Of a DNA stretch of 64,000 bases, positions 28,643 to 37,127 are shown piece by piece. The translations under genes were made by a program, and so were the position numbers. The number at the start of each line of letters is the position of its first letter. Within the stretch, counting starts at the first letter, position 1. The DNA is from an uncultured Methanosarcinales archaeon (GTDB lineage Archaea > Nanobdellota > Nanobdellia > Woesearchaeales > JABIAG01). The notes beneath the pieces are model-generated. The model made no database searches and was not told the origin of the DNA. It saw only the letters and a program-made list of their open reading frames with translations. Location of the stretch: positions 38,442-102,441 of the forward strand of contig CAZLQZ010000002.1 in assembly GCA_964561995.1 (NCBI GenBank). The letters run 5' to 3'.

Positions 28643-31486
28643 TTAATTTGTTATTGATTCATTAATGTTTGTTTTAAAATAAACATTGTTCTTTGAGTTA
28701 CATTCCCAATCAACACTGTAAACATAAATTTTTCCACCCGTTATTTGTGTTTGTTCATCAAATAAGTTGAAACATTTTAAACCATGTCCTTGAGTAAAAA
28801 ACATTCTTGTAAACATACCATTGACTAATAATGGGTCTGTAAACATCATTTTATATGTGTTTCCGATTGGAATAATTAAAGCAGAAACTCCTATTTTGGA
28901 ATCGTTATACTTAATTTCATTACTTCCATTTTCATTCATGTAAACACTTGATGAAATGTGAATTTTTTCATCTCCTTGTAATACATAAGTTTCTTTTGAA
29001 GTTGTGTTAAAAATTAAAGGTATTTGATTTCCATTAAGTGTATTTACACATTGAAATGTTTCATCATTAACTTTTTGACAAGTATTTAAATTAGATACAT
29101 ATCCTGGCCAAGGACTAATCCATCTGTTAGCATCTTCTGTTCTTATTTCATCATAATATTGAAGTGCTTTTTCTTCATCTAATCCAAATTCCTCTTTTAA
29201 AATTGTAATTCCTTCTGATTCACTTTTTCCTTTTACTTTTTGAATCATTGAAGCTTTTTCAAAGTTCCAAGTTCCAAAATGCCCCCATACTCCCGATTTT
29301 CCAATCATATCTTCTGAAGCAATAACAAATGCTTCTGGAGGAGTACAATGAGAATTTTCAATAACTAAGTCTATTGTAGATTGACTTATGCTTTTGTTAT
29401 TTAAATAATTAATTGCTTCTTGTTTTTTCATTAAAATAATTTCTTTAATTATTTTTATACTTTGTAAGTCATTATTTAATTCTTTGTTAAGATATTTGTA
29501 TGCGTTGTTTCCGCCACAATCAATCATTCTTAAAATAGCTACTGATTCTTTTTCATTTGAAGTTTGTAATAATTTTCCTACCCAATGGGCCTGTGGTTTA
29601 TCTTGTGATGCACCATCAAAAGTTACTGATCTATCTGCAACATATTGGAACCAATGTCCAAAATCCCACCATGATGTGATGATTGCATTTTCATTAGATG
29701 AAATTTTAATGTTAGTTAAAGAACTCCACCATGCATCATTCATTGAAGGAATTTCATGAACTGCTTGATTATATCCTGCTTTGACTGGATTAATTAATAA
29801 AACAATTGCTAAAACAATAAAACAAACTTGTATAAAAATTTTGTTTATGTTTAATGCTTTTGGTATTTTTTTTGCTGCTAATTCATATAGTATTCCAATT
29901 AAACATCCAATAGCAATACTAAATGCTGGAACTAATAATAAAGTAAATCTTAAACCTTTTGTTGAACCATAAATTGTTCCTATAAACCAAACTGCTAAAA
30001 ATGCCATATATTTAATATCAACCTTTCCTTTTTTGTTTTTAATAAATAATGTTAATATTATTCCAAGAACTGCTAAGGCAAAAAATAAAGTGCCACCCAT
30101 TGCACTTATTGTTTGTTCTACTGAAGCAGGGTTTAATTCTGCAACTGTTGTTAAAACATTAGGCCAAATTTTTGTAGTTGCAACATCTTTAATATTAATA
30201 ATACTTAAAGGAAATCCTAAAAATGCATTGAAAAAATGGTTTATGCCTGCAAAAAAACCAGTATCATATAATATTCCAACTCCTAAAGTTGAAAAAATAA
30301 AGAATGGTAAACCAGTATTCATTAAATCTTTTATGTTTTGTTTAATTTCTTTTCTGTTTATAATTAATACATACATTAAGTAAATTATTATTGTTGCTAT
30401 TATAAAGTCAAATATGTACCACCATCCAGTCCAAAATCTGGAATAAATTCCTACACAAATTCCAGAAAGTGAACTTAAAATGATTTTTTTCTTTAATGTT
30501 TTAGCTTCAAAAGCTTCTAAAAATATCCAAGCAATTAATAATGGAAAAAATACATTATATGGGTCAGTGTCAGCAAAACCAGCCACTGTTCTTGTCATAA
30601 AAGCATTGTGAACAGCTAATAAAGTTGAACCTACTGTTGCTCCAAAATTTCCTGCAACTTTTTTAATTATAAAAAAACAAGGGATTATAGCTAATGTTGA
30701 AATTATTAATGGAACAAAGAATATTGCTCTTAATAAGTCATTATTGCCAAATATTTGTGATATTTTATATGTGAATAAGTTAATATAAATGTGCCAATTA
30801 TGGTCTGCTGGGTCTCCTAATGGTGCAACTCGATGATTGTTCCATGAAATTCCATCTCTAATTTCATCTCCTACATGACCATTTTCTATTAAATTTCTTG
30901 TATGTCTTGCATAATAATATGGGTCTATTGCTAATAAATAAGTTTGACCATCTTCATTTCTTAATCTTGATTTAAATGAATTTGCATAAAGTTCAATTCC
31001 TTGTTTGTAAGGTACTTGTGCAATTTGTCCATTTTGTGGTATGTAAACTTTATCTTTTTTTAGTTTAAACCATTCTTCTTCAATTAATTTATTTATATTT
31101 GCATCAGGTAAATTAGGATATTGTTGTTTAACTGATTGGGCAATAAGATTTTTATTAAAACTTTCAAGACTTCCTGCTGCGGATTCATCCATTAAGGGTA
31201 AGTGAGCGGGTTGAATTCTAATGAATATACTTAAAAAAATGGGAATTAATATTAATAATATAATTGAATATTTTTTTGTGAATGTTTGAGTCTCTTTCCA
31301 CCCTTTTTTGAAACTTTCTTTTACATCTACTTCATCATCGGATGTTTTTTCAGTTTTAATTTCTTCTTGTGAATCTTTTTTTTTTCCAAACCAACCTTTA
31401 ATTTTATCTTTTACTTTAGAAAAATCAATTTGAATTTCTTCATCTTTTTCTTTATGTTGTTGTTCTTCCATTTTTAAACCCCTCAC
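28643..31486 (-). CDS. aglB: archaeal oligosaccharyltransferase AglB (STT3 family)
   Basis: 947 aa. N-terminal 13-TM domain, WWDFGHW (a WWDYG-motif variant) and a large C-terminal soluble domain. Confidence 0.85.
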   Translation of the reverse strand: MRGLKMEEQQHKEKDEEIQIDFSKVKDKIKGWFGKKKDSQEEIKTEKTSDDEVDVKESFKKGWKETQTFTKKYSIILLILIPIFLSIFIRIQPAHLPLMDESAAGSLESFNKNLIAQSVKQQYPNLPDANINKLIEEEWFKLKKDKVYIPQNGQIAQVPYKQGIELYANSFKSRLRNEDGQTYLLAIDPYYYARHTRNLIENGHVGDEIRDGISWNNHRVAPLGDPADHNWHIYINLFTYKISQIFGNNDLLRAIFFVPLIISTLAIIPCFFIIKKVAGNFGATVGSTLLAVHNAFMTRTVAGFADTDPYNVFFPLLIAWIFLEAFEAKTLKKKIILSSLSGICVGIYSRFWTGWWYIFDFIIATIIIYLMYVLIINRKEIKQNIKDLMNTGLPFFIFSTLGVGILYDTGFFAGINHFFNAFLGFPLSIINIKDVATTKIWPNVLTTVAELNPASVEQTISAMGGTLFFALAVLGIILTLFIKNKKGKVDIKYMAFLAVWFIGTIYGSTKGLRFTLLLVPAFSIAIGCLIGILYELAAKKIPKALNINKIFIQVCFIVLAIVLLINPVKAGYNQAVHEIPSMNDAWWSSLTNIKISSNENAIITSWWDFGHWFQYVADRSVTFDGASQDKPQAHWVGKLLQTSNEKESVAILRMIDCGGNNAYKYLNKELNNDLQSIKIIKEIILMKKQEAINYLNNKSISQSTIDLVIENSHCTPPEAFVIASEDMIGKSGVWGHFGTWNFEKASMIQKVKGKSESEGITILKEEFGLDEEKALQYYDEIRTEDANRWISPWPGYVSNLNTCQKVNDETFQCVNTLNGNQIPLIFNTTSKETYVLQGDEKIHISSSVYMNENGSNEIKYNDSKIGVSALIIPIGNTYKMMFTDPLLVNGMFTRMFFTQGHGLKCFNLFDEQTQITGGKIYVYSVDWECNSKNNVYFKTNINESITN

Positions 31487-31512
31487 GGATTGTTTAAGAA
31501 TAAGTAATTTCT

Positions 31513-32568
31513 TTATAAAGTTTTGGGGACTAAGAGTAATAGCTTTGGTTCTTTTATTATTAATTGAATTATTACTTTTTTAAGATTATCTCTGTCTATA
31601 TTTGATATGATCTTTTTATTTTTTTCTTTTGATAATGTTTTTATCAAATAATCAATATCTTTTGAAGATAATTTGTCTAAGATTTTTCTTGCAATTAAAT
31701 GAATCCATAGTTCTTTTCTTACTTTTTTTAATCCTTTTTTATAGTTTTTGTTATTAATTAAACAATTTGCTAAAATTTTTGATGACATTAAACCTTGTAC
31801 AATTCCTCCTCCTGTTGTTGCTTTAACTAATGATGCCGCATCTCCAACAACATATGTTGATTTTTTTTGAAATATTTCTTTACTATTATATATAGGGATT
31901 AATCCTGCTTGTAATTCTTTATTTCTGTTCTTTGAAAATTTATTAAAAATGGTTTTAGCATTTTTTTGGTTTGCTATAATCCCTTTTCTACATTTTTTAT
32001 TATTTTCTGGAACAATCCATCCAAATTTACCAAATTTAAGAAAAACTTCTATATCATTATTATTTTTTAGATTAATAAGCTCTTGTATCCCCATAAAATT
32101 TTTATTTTTATTTTTTAAATATTTTGAGACAATTGAGTTTGGACCATCAGCTCCAATTAAAATTCCTTTTTTTATTTCTATTCTTTTATTTTTATTTTTT
32201 AGAATAATTTTATTTTTTTTAATTTCGATAAGTCTATGTTCTAGAAAAAACGTCACTCCTTTTTTTTTTGCTTTTTTATAAAAATGTTTATCCAATTTTT
32301 CTCTATCTAAAATTAAATCTGGATTTTTAAGAATTATATTTATTTTTTTTTTGTTTCCGTGAATTGTAAACTGATTTATTTTATTTACTATTATTTCTTT
32401 TGGTATATTTACTACGTTATTAATTTCATTAGTTACAATGCCAGTACATTGAACTGGTTTACCTACTTCATTGTGTTCTTCGTAAACATTAACTTTAAAT
32501 TTTTTTACAAGAAGGTATGCCAAATAACAACCAACAGGGCCTGCACCGATAATATTAATGGTTTTCAT
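31513..32568 (-). CDS. geranylgeranyl reductase-family FAD-dependent oxidoreductase (possible polyprenol/dolichol reductase)
   Basis: INIIGAGPVGCYLA FAD-binding motif. GGR-family length. Adjacent to aglB. Confidence 0.55.
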   Translation of the reverse strand: MKTINIIGAGPVGCYLAYLLVKKFKVNVYEEHNEVGKPVQCTGIVTNEINNVVNIPKEIIVNKINQFTIHGNKKKINIILKNPDLILDREKLDKHFYKKAKKKGVTFFLEHRLIEIKKNKIILKNKNKRIEIKKGILIGADGPNSIVSKYLKNKNKNFMGIQELINLKNNNDIEVFLKFGKFGWIVPENNKKCRKGIIANQKNAKTIFNKFSKNRNKELQAGLIPIYNSKEIFQKKSTYVVGDAASLVKATTGGGIVQGLMSSKILANCLINNKNYKKGLKKVRKELWIHLIARKILDKLSSKDIDYLIKTLSKEKNKKIISNIDRDNLKKVIIQLIIKEPKLLLLVPKTL

Positions 32569-32616
32569 TTTGTATGTTTAATTGGGTATGATTTAATATT
32601 CATTTTGTTCTTTTAT

Positions 32617-32693
32617 AATCTTTATAAGTGATTAATTCTTTATTTCAATTTAATCACTATTTAATAATGGTAAACTGGGGTAATCTTTATAAG
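32617..32693 (+). promoter_or_regulatory. two copies of AATCTTTATAAG (TATA-like) 65 bp apart, upstream of the surface-protein gene run
   Basis: Exact 12-nt direct repeat at 32617-32628 and 32682-32693. Confidence 0.25.
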
Positions 32694-32751
32694 CTTTACT
32701 CAATTACCTTGATAAACTTATTAGGATAAAATATTTGAGGGGTTAATAAAA

Positions 32752-33612
32752 ATGAAAAAAGGATATATTGCTGGTGCTGTTGCTGGAGTTGTTATAGTTA
32801 GTGGTACAGTAGGAGTAGGATTAAATTCATTATATAATAAAGTACGTGGATCAGAAATACAAGGGTCTGAAAATCAACCTATTGTTGCTGTTGAACAATC
32901 TAAAGTAAATCAACAAGTTGTTTTACAATATGAAGATAGATTAAAAGATATGGAAGCACAGTTAAAACAAAGTCAAGATTTATTGGCAAATTCTAATGCT
33001 GTTGCTGATAATTTACAAAGAGAACTATATAAAACTAATAATCAAAGAACTCCTTTACAAGCTTTTTTTGGAACAAACAAAGTTCCAAAAAATTTGGATG
33101 CTGAAGACATGATTAAAGCAGGATGGGGTGGAAAATATATTTGTGTTGATGATAATGGAAATGCTGATATTTATCAAGATGGAATTACTTCACAATTTAC
33201 TGGTGGAATCAGTAGTATTTTAGCATATCCAACAAAAAAATTAAGTGATGTTACTCAAAAAGTTCCAGTTGTTAATTATTTAACTGCTGCAACTAATGGT
33301 ATTGTAGGTTCTACTGCTTATATCTTGGATGATGGTTGGATTGCATTGGATACTCTTGTAAGAGGAGATAAATCAATGGATCAAATTGCCGAAGAAGTTA
33401 AATTTGCATTAAATGCTTGTGATCCAAAAGATAGAAAAGTCGCTTCAATTCAATTAATTGGTGCTGGTGCCAGAACTTACTTAGCTATTAAAACTATTGA
33501 AGGCATCGAAGACCTTTTTGATTCAGGTGATTCAAATAATAATAATAATAATAACAACAACAACAATAATTTAGGCGTTGGTGGGAATATGAATGGAGGA
33601 GACGCTTTTTAA
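32752..33612 (+). CDS. N-terminally membrane-anchored coiled-coil protein with a C-terminal poly-Asn tail
   Basis: N-terminal hydrophobic anchor. Run of 13 N encoded by (AAT/AAC)12. GAGGGGT SD-like motif 8 nt upstream. Confidence 0.4.
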   Translation: MKKGYIAGAVAGVVIVSGTVGVGLNSLYNKVRGSEIQGSENQPIVAVEQSKVNQQVVLQYEDRLKDMEAQLKQSQDLLANSNAVADNLQRELYKTNNQRTPLQAFFGTNKVPKNLDAEDMIKAGWGGKYICVDDNGNADIYQDGITSQFTGGISSILAYPTKKLSDVTQKVPVVNYLTAATNGIVGSTAYILDDGWIALDTLVRGDKSMDQIAEEVKFALNACDPKDRKVASIQLIGAGARTYLAIKTIEGIEDLFDSGDSNNNNNNNNNNNNLGVGGNMNGGDAF

Positions 33613-33669
33613 TTATTTTTTTATTAATAATTAATTATACTATATGTATTGCGCATTTGGGGGTTTAAA

Positions 33670-35697
33670 ATGAAAGCATTAAGATTTATATTGGTGATGA
33701 TGATTTTGGTAGTTTCATCTAGTTTCGCTTCGGCTTATGTAGATGTTACATTTAATTTTGATCAAAATAATGTACAGTCTTTAATTTATAATTGTTTAGA
33801 TGAAAATTGTAATAACGTAGCAAGTTTTTCAGGTACTTTTGAAAGTGAAACAACAGATGGTAATTTAGAAGTAATCTTTCCATCAACATTAATGTCTGAA
33901 TTTGGTTATGCTGTTTATTTCTTTTCAGAAGGTTACATACCTAAAGAATATGTTTCAACATTTCATTCATATGGGGATGATGAACATTACGAATTGTCTT
34001 ATGATATAGATTTTAATAAAGTTCAAGAATGTCAATCTTTAATTGATGAATTTACTGTTGTTAAAGATACTTTTGCTTATGAACCTTTACAAATTGATGT
34101 TAGTTCTTCATTAGATGCAGTTACTGCTTCCGCATTTTCTTCAATAAATAACGGTGTAGGATATGTTCCACAAGAAATGAAAGATGAATATTATTCTTCT
34201 GATGTTGAAGTTGAGCTTGTAATTGAAGATCAAAATGGAAATGTTGTTAAAACTTTAACTGAAGATTTTACAATTTATATGAATGAACAAGCAGATGTTG
34301 AATTTTCTTGGACTCCAGAAGATGAAGGAAAATATACAGCAACTGTAACTTCTAATGTTATAGATTCACAATGTTCTCTTCCGACTTTAGATGCTAGTTC
34401 TGCAAAAGAATTTAATGTATTACCTGGCAGACCTACTAATGAATATTATACTATTTTAAACGACTTGGATGTTGATAATTCATATCCCGTTGCAAAAGAA
34501 GAATTAACTTTTACTTATACAAAAATTAGTAACTATGCTGATTCAAATCATGATTTAACTCCAGTTGGAACTGAAGTTATTTATTATATCTATTATAATG
34601 GTGATTTAATCGATTCTTGGAATGATGTATTAAATGCAAATTCTGATTATATGAATCCAACTACTCAAACATTTACTTACACTCCAGAAAACTCTGGTCA
34701 GTATGTTGTAATTGTTGATGGTGTGGCATCAGATGACTTGAATAATGGCAATCCTAATAATTCAGAAAGAATTATTTTGAATTTTAATGTTGCAGATGTT
34801 CCAGCTTATGAAATTAGTTTCCAAGTAAGAGATTCAGTGTCTGGAGAAGCAATTGAAAATGCTTTAATTACTATTAACGGACAAGTTTCTGGTACTACTG
34901 ATTTAATGGGTGCATTAACATTTGTAGGTCTAGAATCTGGAACTTATACTTATGTAAGTGAACATGATAATTATCAAACAAGAGATGGTAGTGTTCAAGT
35001 TATTAATGGAAATATGGAAGTTTATTTTACTATGGTTTCAACATCGATTGATGATCCTGTAGACCCAATAGACCCTGTTGACCCTCCAGTAACTACTGAT
35101 ATTACTTTTACAAATAATCCTTTAACAATTGCTTATGTTGCAGTACCATACGAATTTGATTTAGATGCAATAAGTTCTAATTCTAATTCAATTACTTTTG
35201 AAAAAGTAAATGGTCCCGATAGTTTAACTGTTGGAAGTAATGGCCAAATTGAATGGTTGCCATTGCCTCATGACATTGGTGTTCATACAGTTAAAGTAAA
35301 GGCAAATGATGGCTCAGGGGTTAATTATCTTGAATGGGCAATAGATGTTAAATCTAAAATGTCAGAACAAGACCCAGAAATTAATGAATTAAGTGTTATT
35401 CAAATTAGATTTCCAAATGGTTACTTAATCAAATCTGGAAGCGCATTAGCTGTTTCAGTGATGGTTGAAAATACTGGTGACTATGACTTAGATGATGTAA
35501 GATTACAAGTGTCTGTACCTTCTTTAGGTTTAATGAGAAGTGTAGGACCTTTTGATGTAGATGAAAATGACGAAGAACAAAGAACAGTAATGTTAGATAT
35601 TCCTAAAGGAGTTAGTGAAGGAGAATATGAATTAAGGATAGTGATAGGCAATGAAGACTATAGGGCTGTGAAATACAGACCTTTTGGGATTAACTAA
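33670..35697 (+). CDS. secreted acidic cell-surface protein (S-layer/adhesin candidate)
   Basis: Signal peptide MKALRFILVMMILVVSSSFASA. D/E-rich. DPVDPIDPVDPP linker. GGGGGT SD 7 nt upstream of the ATG at 33670 (the ORF track begins at an upstream TTG). Confidence 0.45.
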   Translation: MKALRFILVMMILVVSSSFASAYVDVTFNFDQNNVQSLIYNCLDENCNNVASFSGTFESETTDGNLEVIFPSTLMSEFGYAVYFFSEGYIPKEYVSTFHSYGDDEHYELSYDIDFNKVQECQSLIDEFTVVKDTFAYEPLQIDVSSSLDAVTASAFSSINNGVGYVPQEMKDEYYSSDVEVELVIEDQNGNVVKTLTEDFTIYMNEQADVEFSWTPEDEGKYTATVTSNVIDSQCSLPTLDASSAKEFNVLPGRPTNEYYTILNDLDVDNSYPVAKEELTFTYTKISNYADSNHDLTPVGTEVIYYIYYNGDLIDSWNDVLNANSDYMNPTTQTFTYTPENSGQYVVIVDGVASDDLNNGNPNNSERIILNFNVADVPAYEISFQVRDSVSGEAIENALITINGQVSGTTDLMGALTFVGLESGTYTYVSEHDNYQTRDGSVQVINGNMEVYFTMVSTSIDDPVDPIDPVDPPVTTDITFTNNPLTIAYVAVPYEFDLDAISSNSNSITFEKVNGPDSLTVGSNGQIEWLPLPHDIGVHTVKVKANDGSGVNYLEWAIDVKSKMSEQDPEINELSVIQIRFPNGYLIKSGSALAVSVMVENTGDYDLDDVRLQVSVPSLGLMRSVGPFDVDENDEEQRTVMLDIPKGVSEGEYELRIVIGNEDYRAVKYRPFGIN

Positions 35698-35801
35698 TAA
35701 GTAGTTATTTATTTTAACTACTACTGTATACTAAAATACATAAAGCTTTAAAAACATGCAAGAATTAACATTCAAAATTAGCATGGGGGTATAACAAGAA
35801 A

Positions 35802-37055
35802 ATGAAAGGAAACATAAAAATTGGTATTTTGTTGGTTTTAGTGGCACTATTAGCTATTGGTTCTGTTAGTGCATTACCTGACGTAGAATACATAAAAATT
35901 AACGGTGATCAGTATGAAAATGGTGATTCCGTTGTAGTTGAGAAAGGCGACGATTTAGAAATTAAAGTAAAACTTCAAGCAGATGTGAGTTATGACAATC
36001 TTGAAGTTGAAGCTGATATAATCGGTTATGAATACAATGATATTGATGAAATCTCAGACTCTACTCATACATTTGATGTAGATGCTGGTGATACTGTTTA
36101 TAAGGAATTAGATTTAACAATTCCAAGTAAAGCTGATAAAGATTATTATGATCTTAGAATCAGAGTTAGCGGTAGAACTGGATCTTCTGTAGAATATTTA
36201 ATGAGAGTTAATCTTAAAGGTTCAAGACATGATCTTGAAGTTAAAAGAGTGATGCTTCATCCATCTAATGCTGTTGATGCAGGTAGCTATTTACTAGTTA
36301 ATGCAAAAATAACAAATAGGGGAGAAGAATCCGAAGAAGAAGATGTAAGAGTTACTGCAAGAATCGAAGATTTAGATCTTGAAGACACTACTTATATTAA
36401 CGAAATTGAAGAAGACGAATCAAAAACTTCAGAAGAATTATTCCTAAGAATTCCAGCATGTGCTGAAGCAGGAATTTATGAAGTTGAAGTTGAAGTTGCT
36501 TATGATGAAGATTCAGAAGTAGTTACTGAAATTGAAACAATTGAAATAAGAGAATCAGATCTATGCAATGCTGCAGATGATGATACTGAATCCGTAATTT
36601 CAGTTGGTTCACAAACACAACAAGTAACTGCTGGAGAAGGTGGGGCTACTTATTCACTTTCAATAACAAATCCAAGCAACTCTGATAGATCTTATACATT
36701 AAGCGTTTCAGGTCTAGATTCATGGGGTACATTTAGAGTGGACCCAGCAACAACTCAAATTGTTAAAGCTGGTGAAACAGAAGCAATGTTCGTATTTGTT
36801 TCCGCAAAAGATGACGCAACAGAAGGTCAACAAAGTTTTGTTGTAAATGTTGTATCTGGAGACGAATCAGAAGCTGTTCAATTTTATGCAAATGTTGTTA
36901 AAGATGAAAGCAACATTAGAAAATGGGCAGAATTCGTACTAATTGCTTTGGTTGTACTGTTAATAATCTTAGGACTAATCGTTGGCTTCAGTAGAATGAG
37001 AAATAAACCTGAAGACGATGAAGACGAAGATCTAACAGGTCAAACATATTATTAA
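35802..37055 (+). CDS. secreted very acidic surface protein with a C-terminal TM anchor
   Basis: Signal peptide, extreme D/E content, C-terminal TM helix plus acidic tail. GGGGGT upstream. Followed by a hairpin/T-tract terminator. Confidence 0.45.
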   Translation: MKGNIKIGILLVLVALLAIGSVSALPDVEYIKINGDQYENGDSVVVEKGDDLEIKVKLQADVSYDNLEVEADIIGYEYNDIDEISDSTHTFDVDAGDTVYKELDLTIPSKADKDYYDLRIRVSGRTGSSVEYLMRVNLKGSRHDLEVKRVMLHPSNAVDAGSYLLVNAKITNRGEESEEEDVRVTARIEDLDLEDTTYINEIEEDESKTSEELFLRIPACAEAGIYEVEVEVAYDEDSEVVTEIETIEIRESDLCNAADDDTESVISVGSQTQQVTAGEGGATYSLSITNPSNSDRSYTLSVSGLDSWGTFRVDPATTQIVKAGETEAMFVFVSAKDDATEGQQSFVVNVVSGDESEAVQFYANVVKDESNIRKWAEFVLIALVVLLIILGLIVGFSRMRNKPEDDEDEDLTGQTYY

Positions 37056-37077
37056 ATATTTTTTTTTCTTTTAACAT

Positions 37078-37111
37078 CCAGTCCTGGTTATGCCCCTTTG
37101 GACTGGTTTTT
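37078..37111 (+). terminator. hairpin (CCAGTCC/GGACTGG) followed by T5, preceded by a T9 tract, after the acidic surface-protein gene
   Basis: Perfect 7-bp inverted repeat with a 15-nt loop, then TTTTT. T9 run at 37058-37068. Confidence 0.45.
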
Positions 37112-37127
37112 AAAGTTTTTTAAGGGT

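Noticed and set aside
31376-31386. T11 (A11 on the coding strand) homopolymer in the 5' part of aglB as a phase-variation switch
   Set aside because: It encodes a KKK run. Homopolymers of 9-12 nt are frequent throughout this AT-rich window (e.g. 32340-32351, 7741-7756), so there is no specific evidence for slipped-strand regulation.
35701-35730. AT-rich inverted repeat AGTAGTTA...TAACTACT after gene 33670-35697 as a distinct regulatory element
   Set aside because: It is a plausible weak terminator hairpin, but inverted repeats of low complexity arise by chance at this AT content. It is mentioned only as supporting context for the surface-protein finding.
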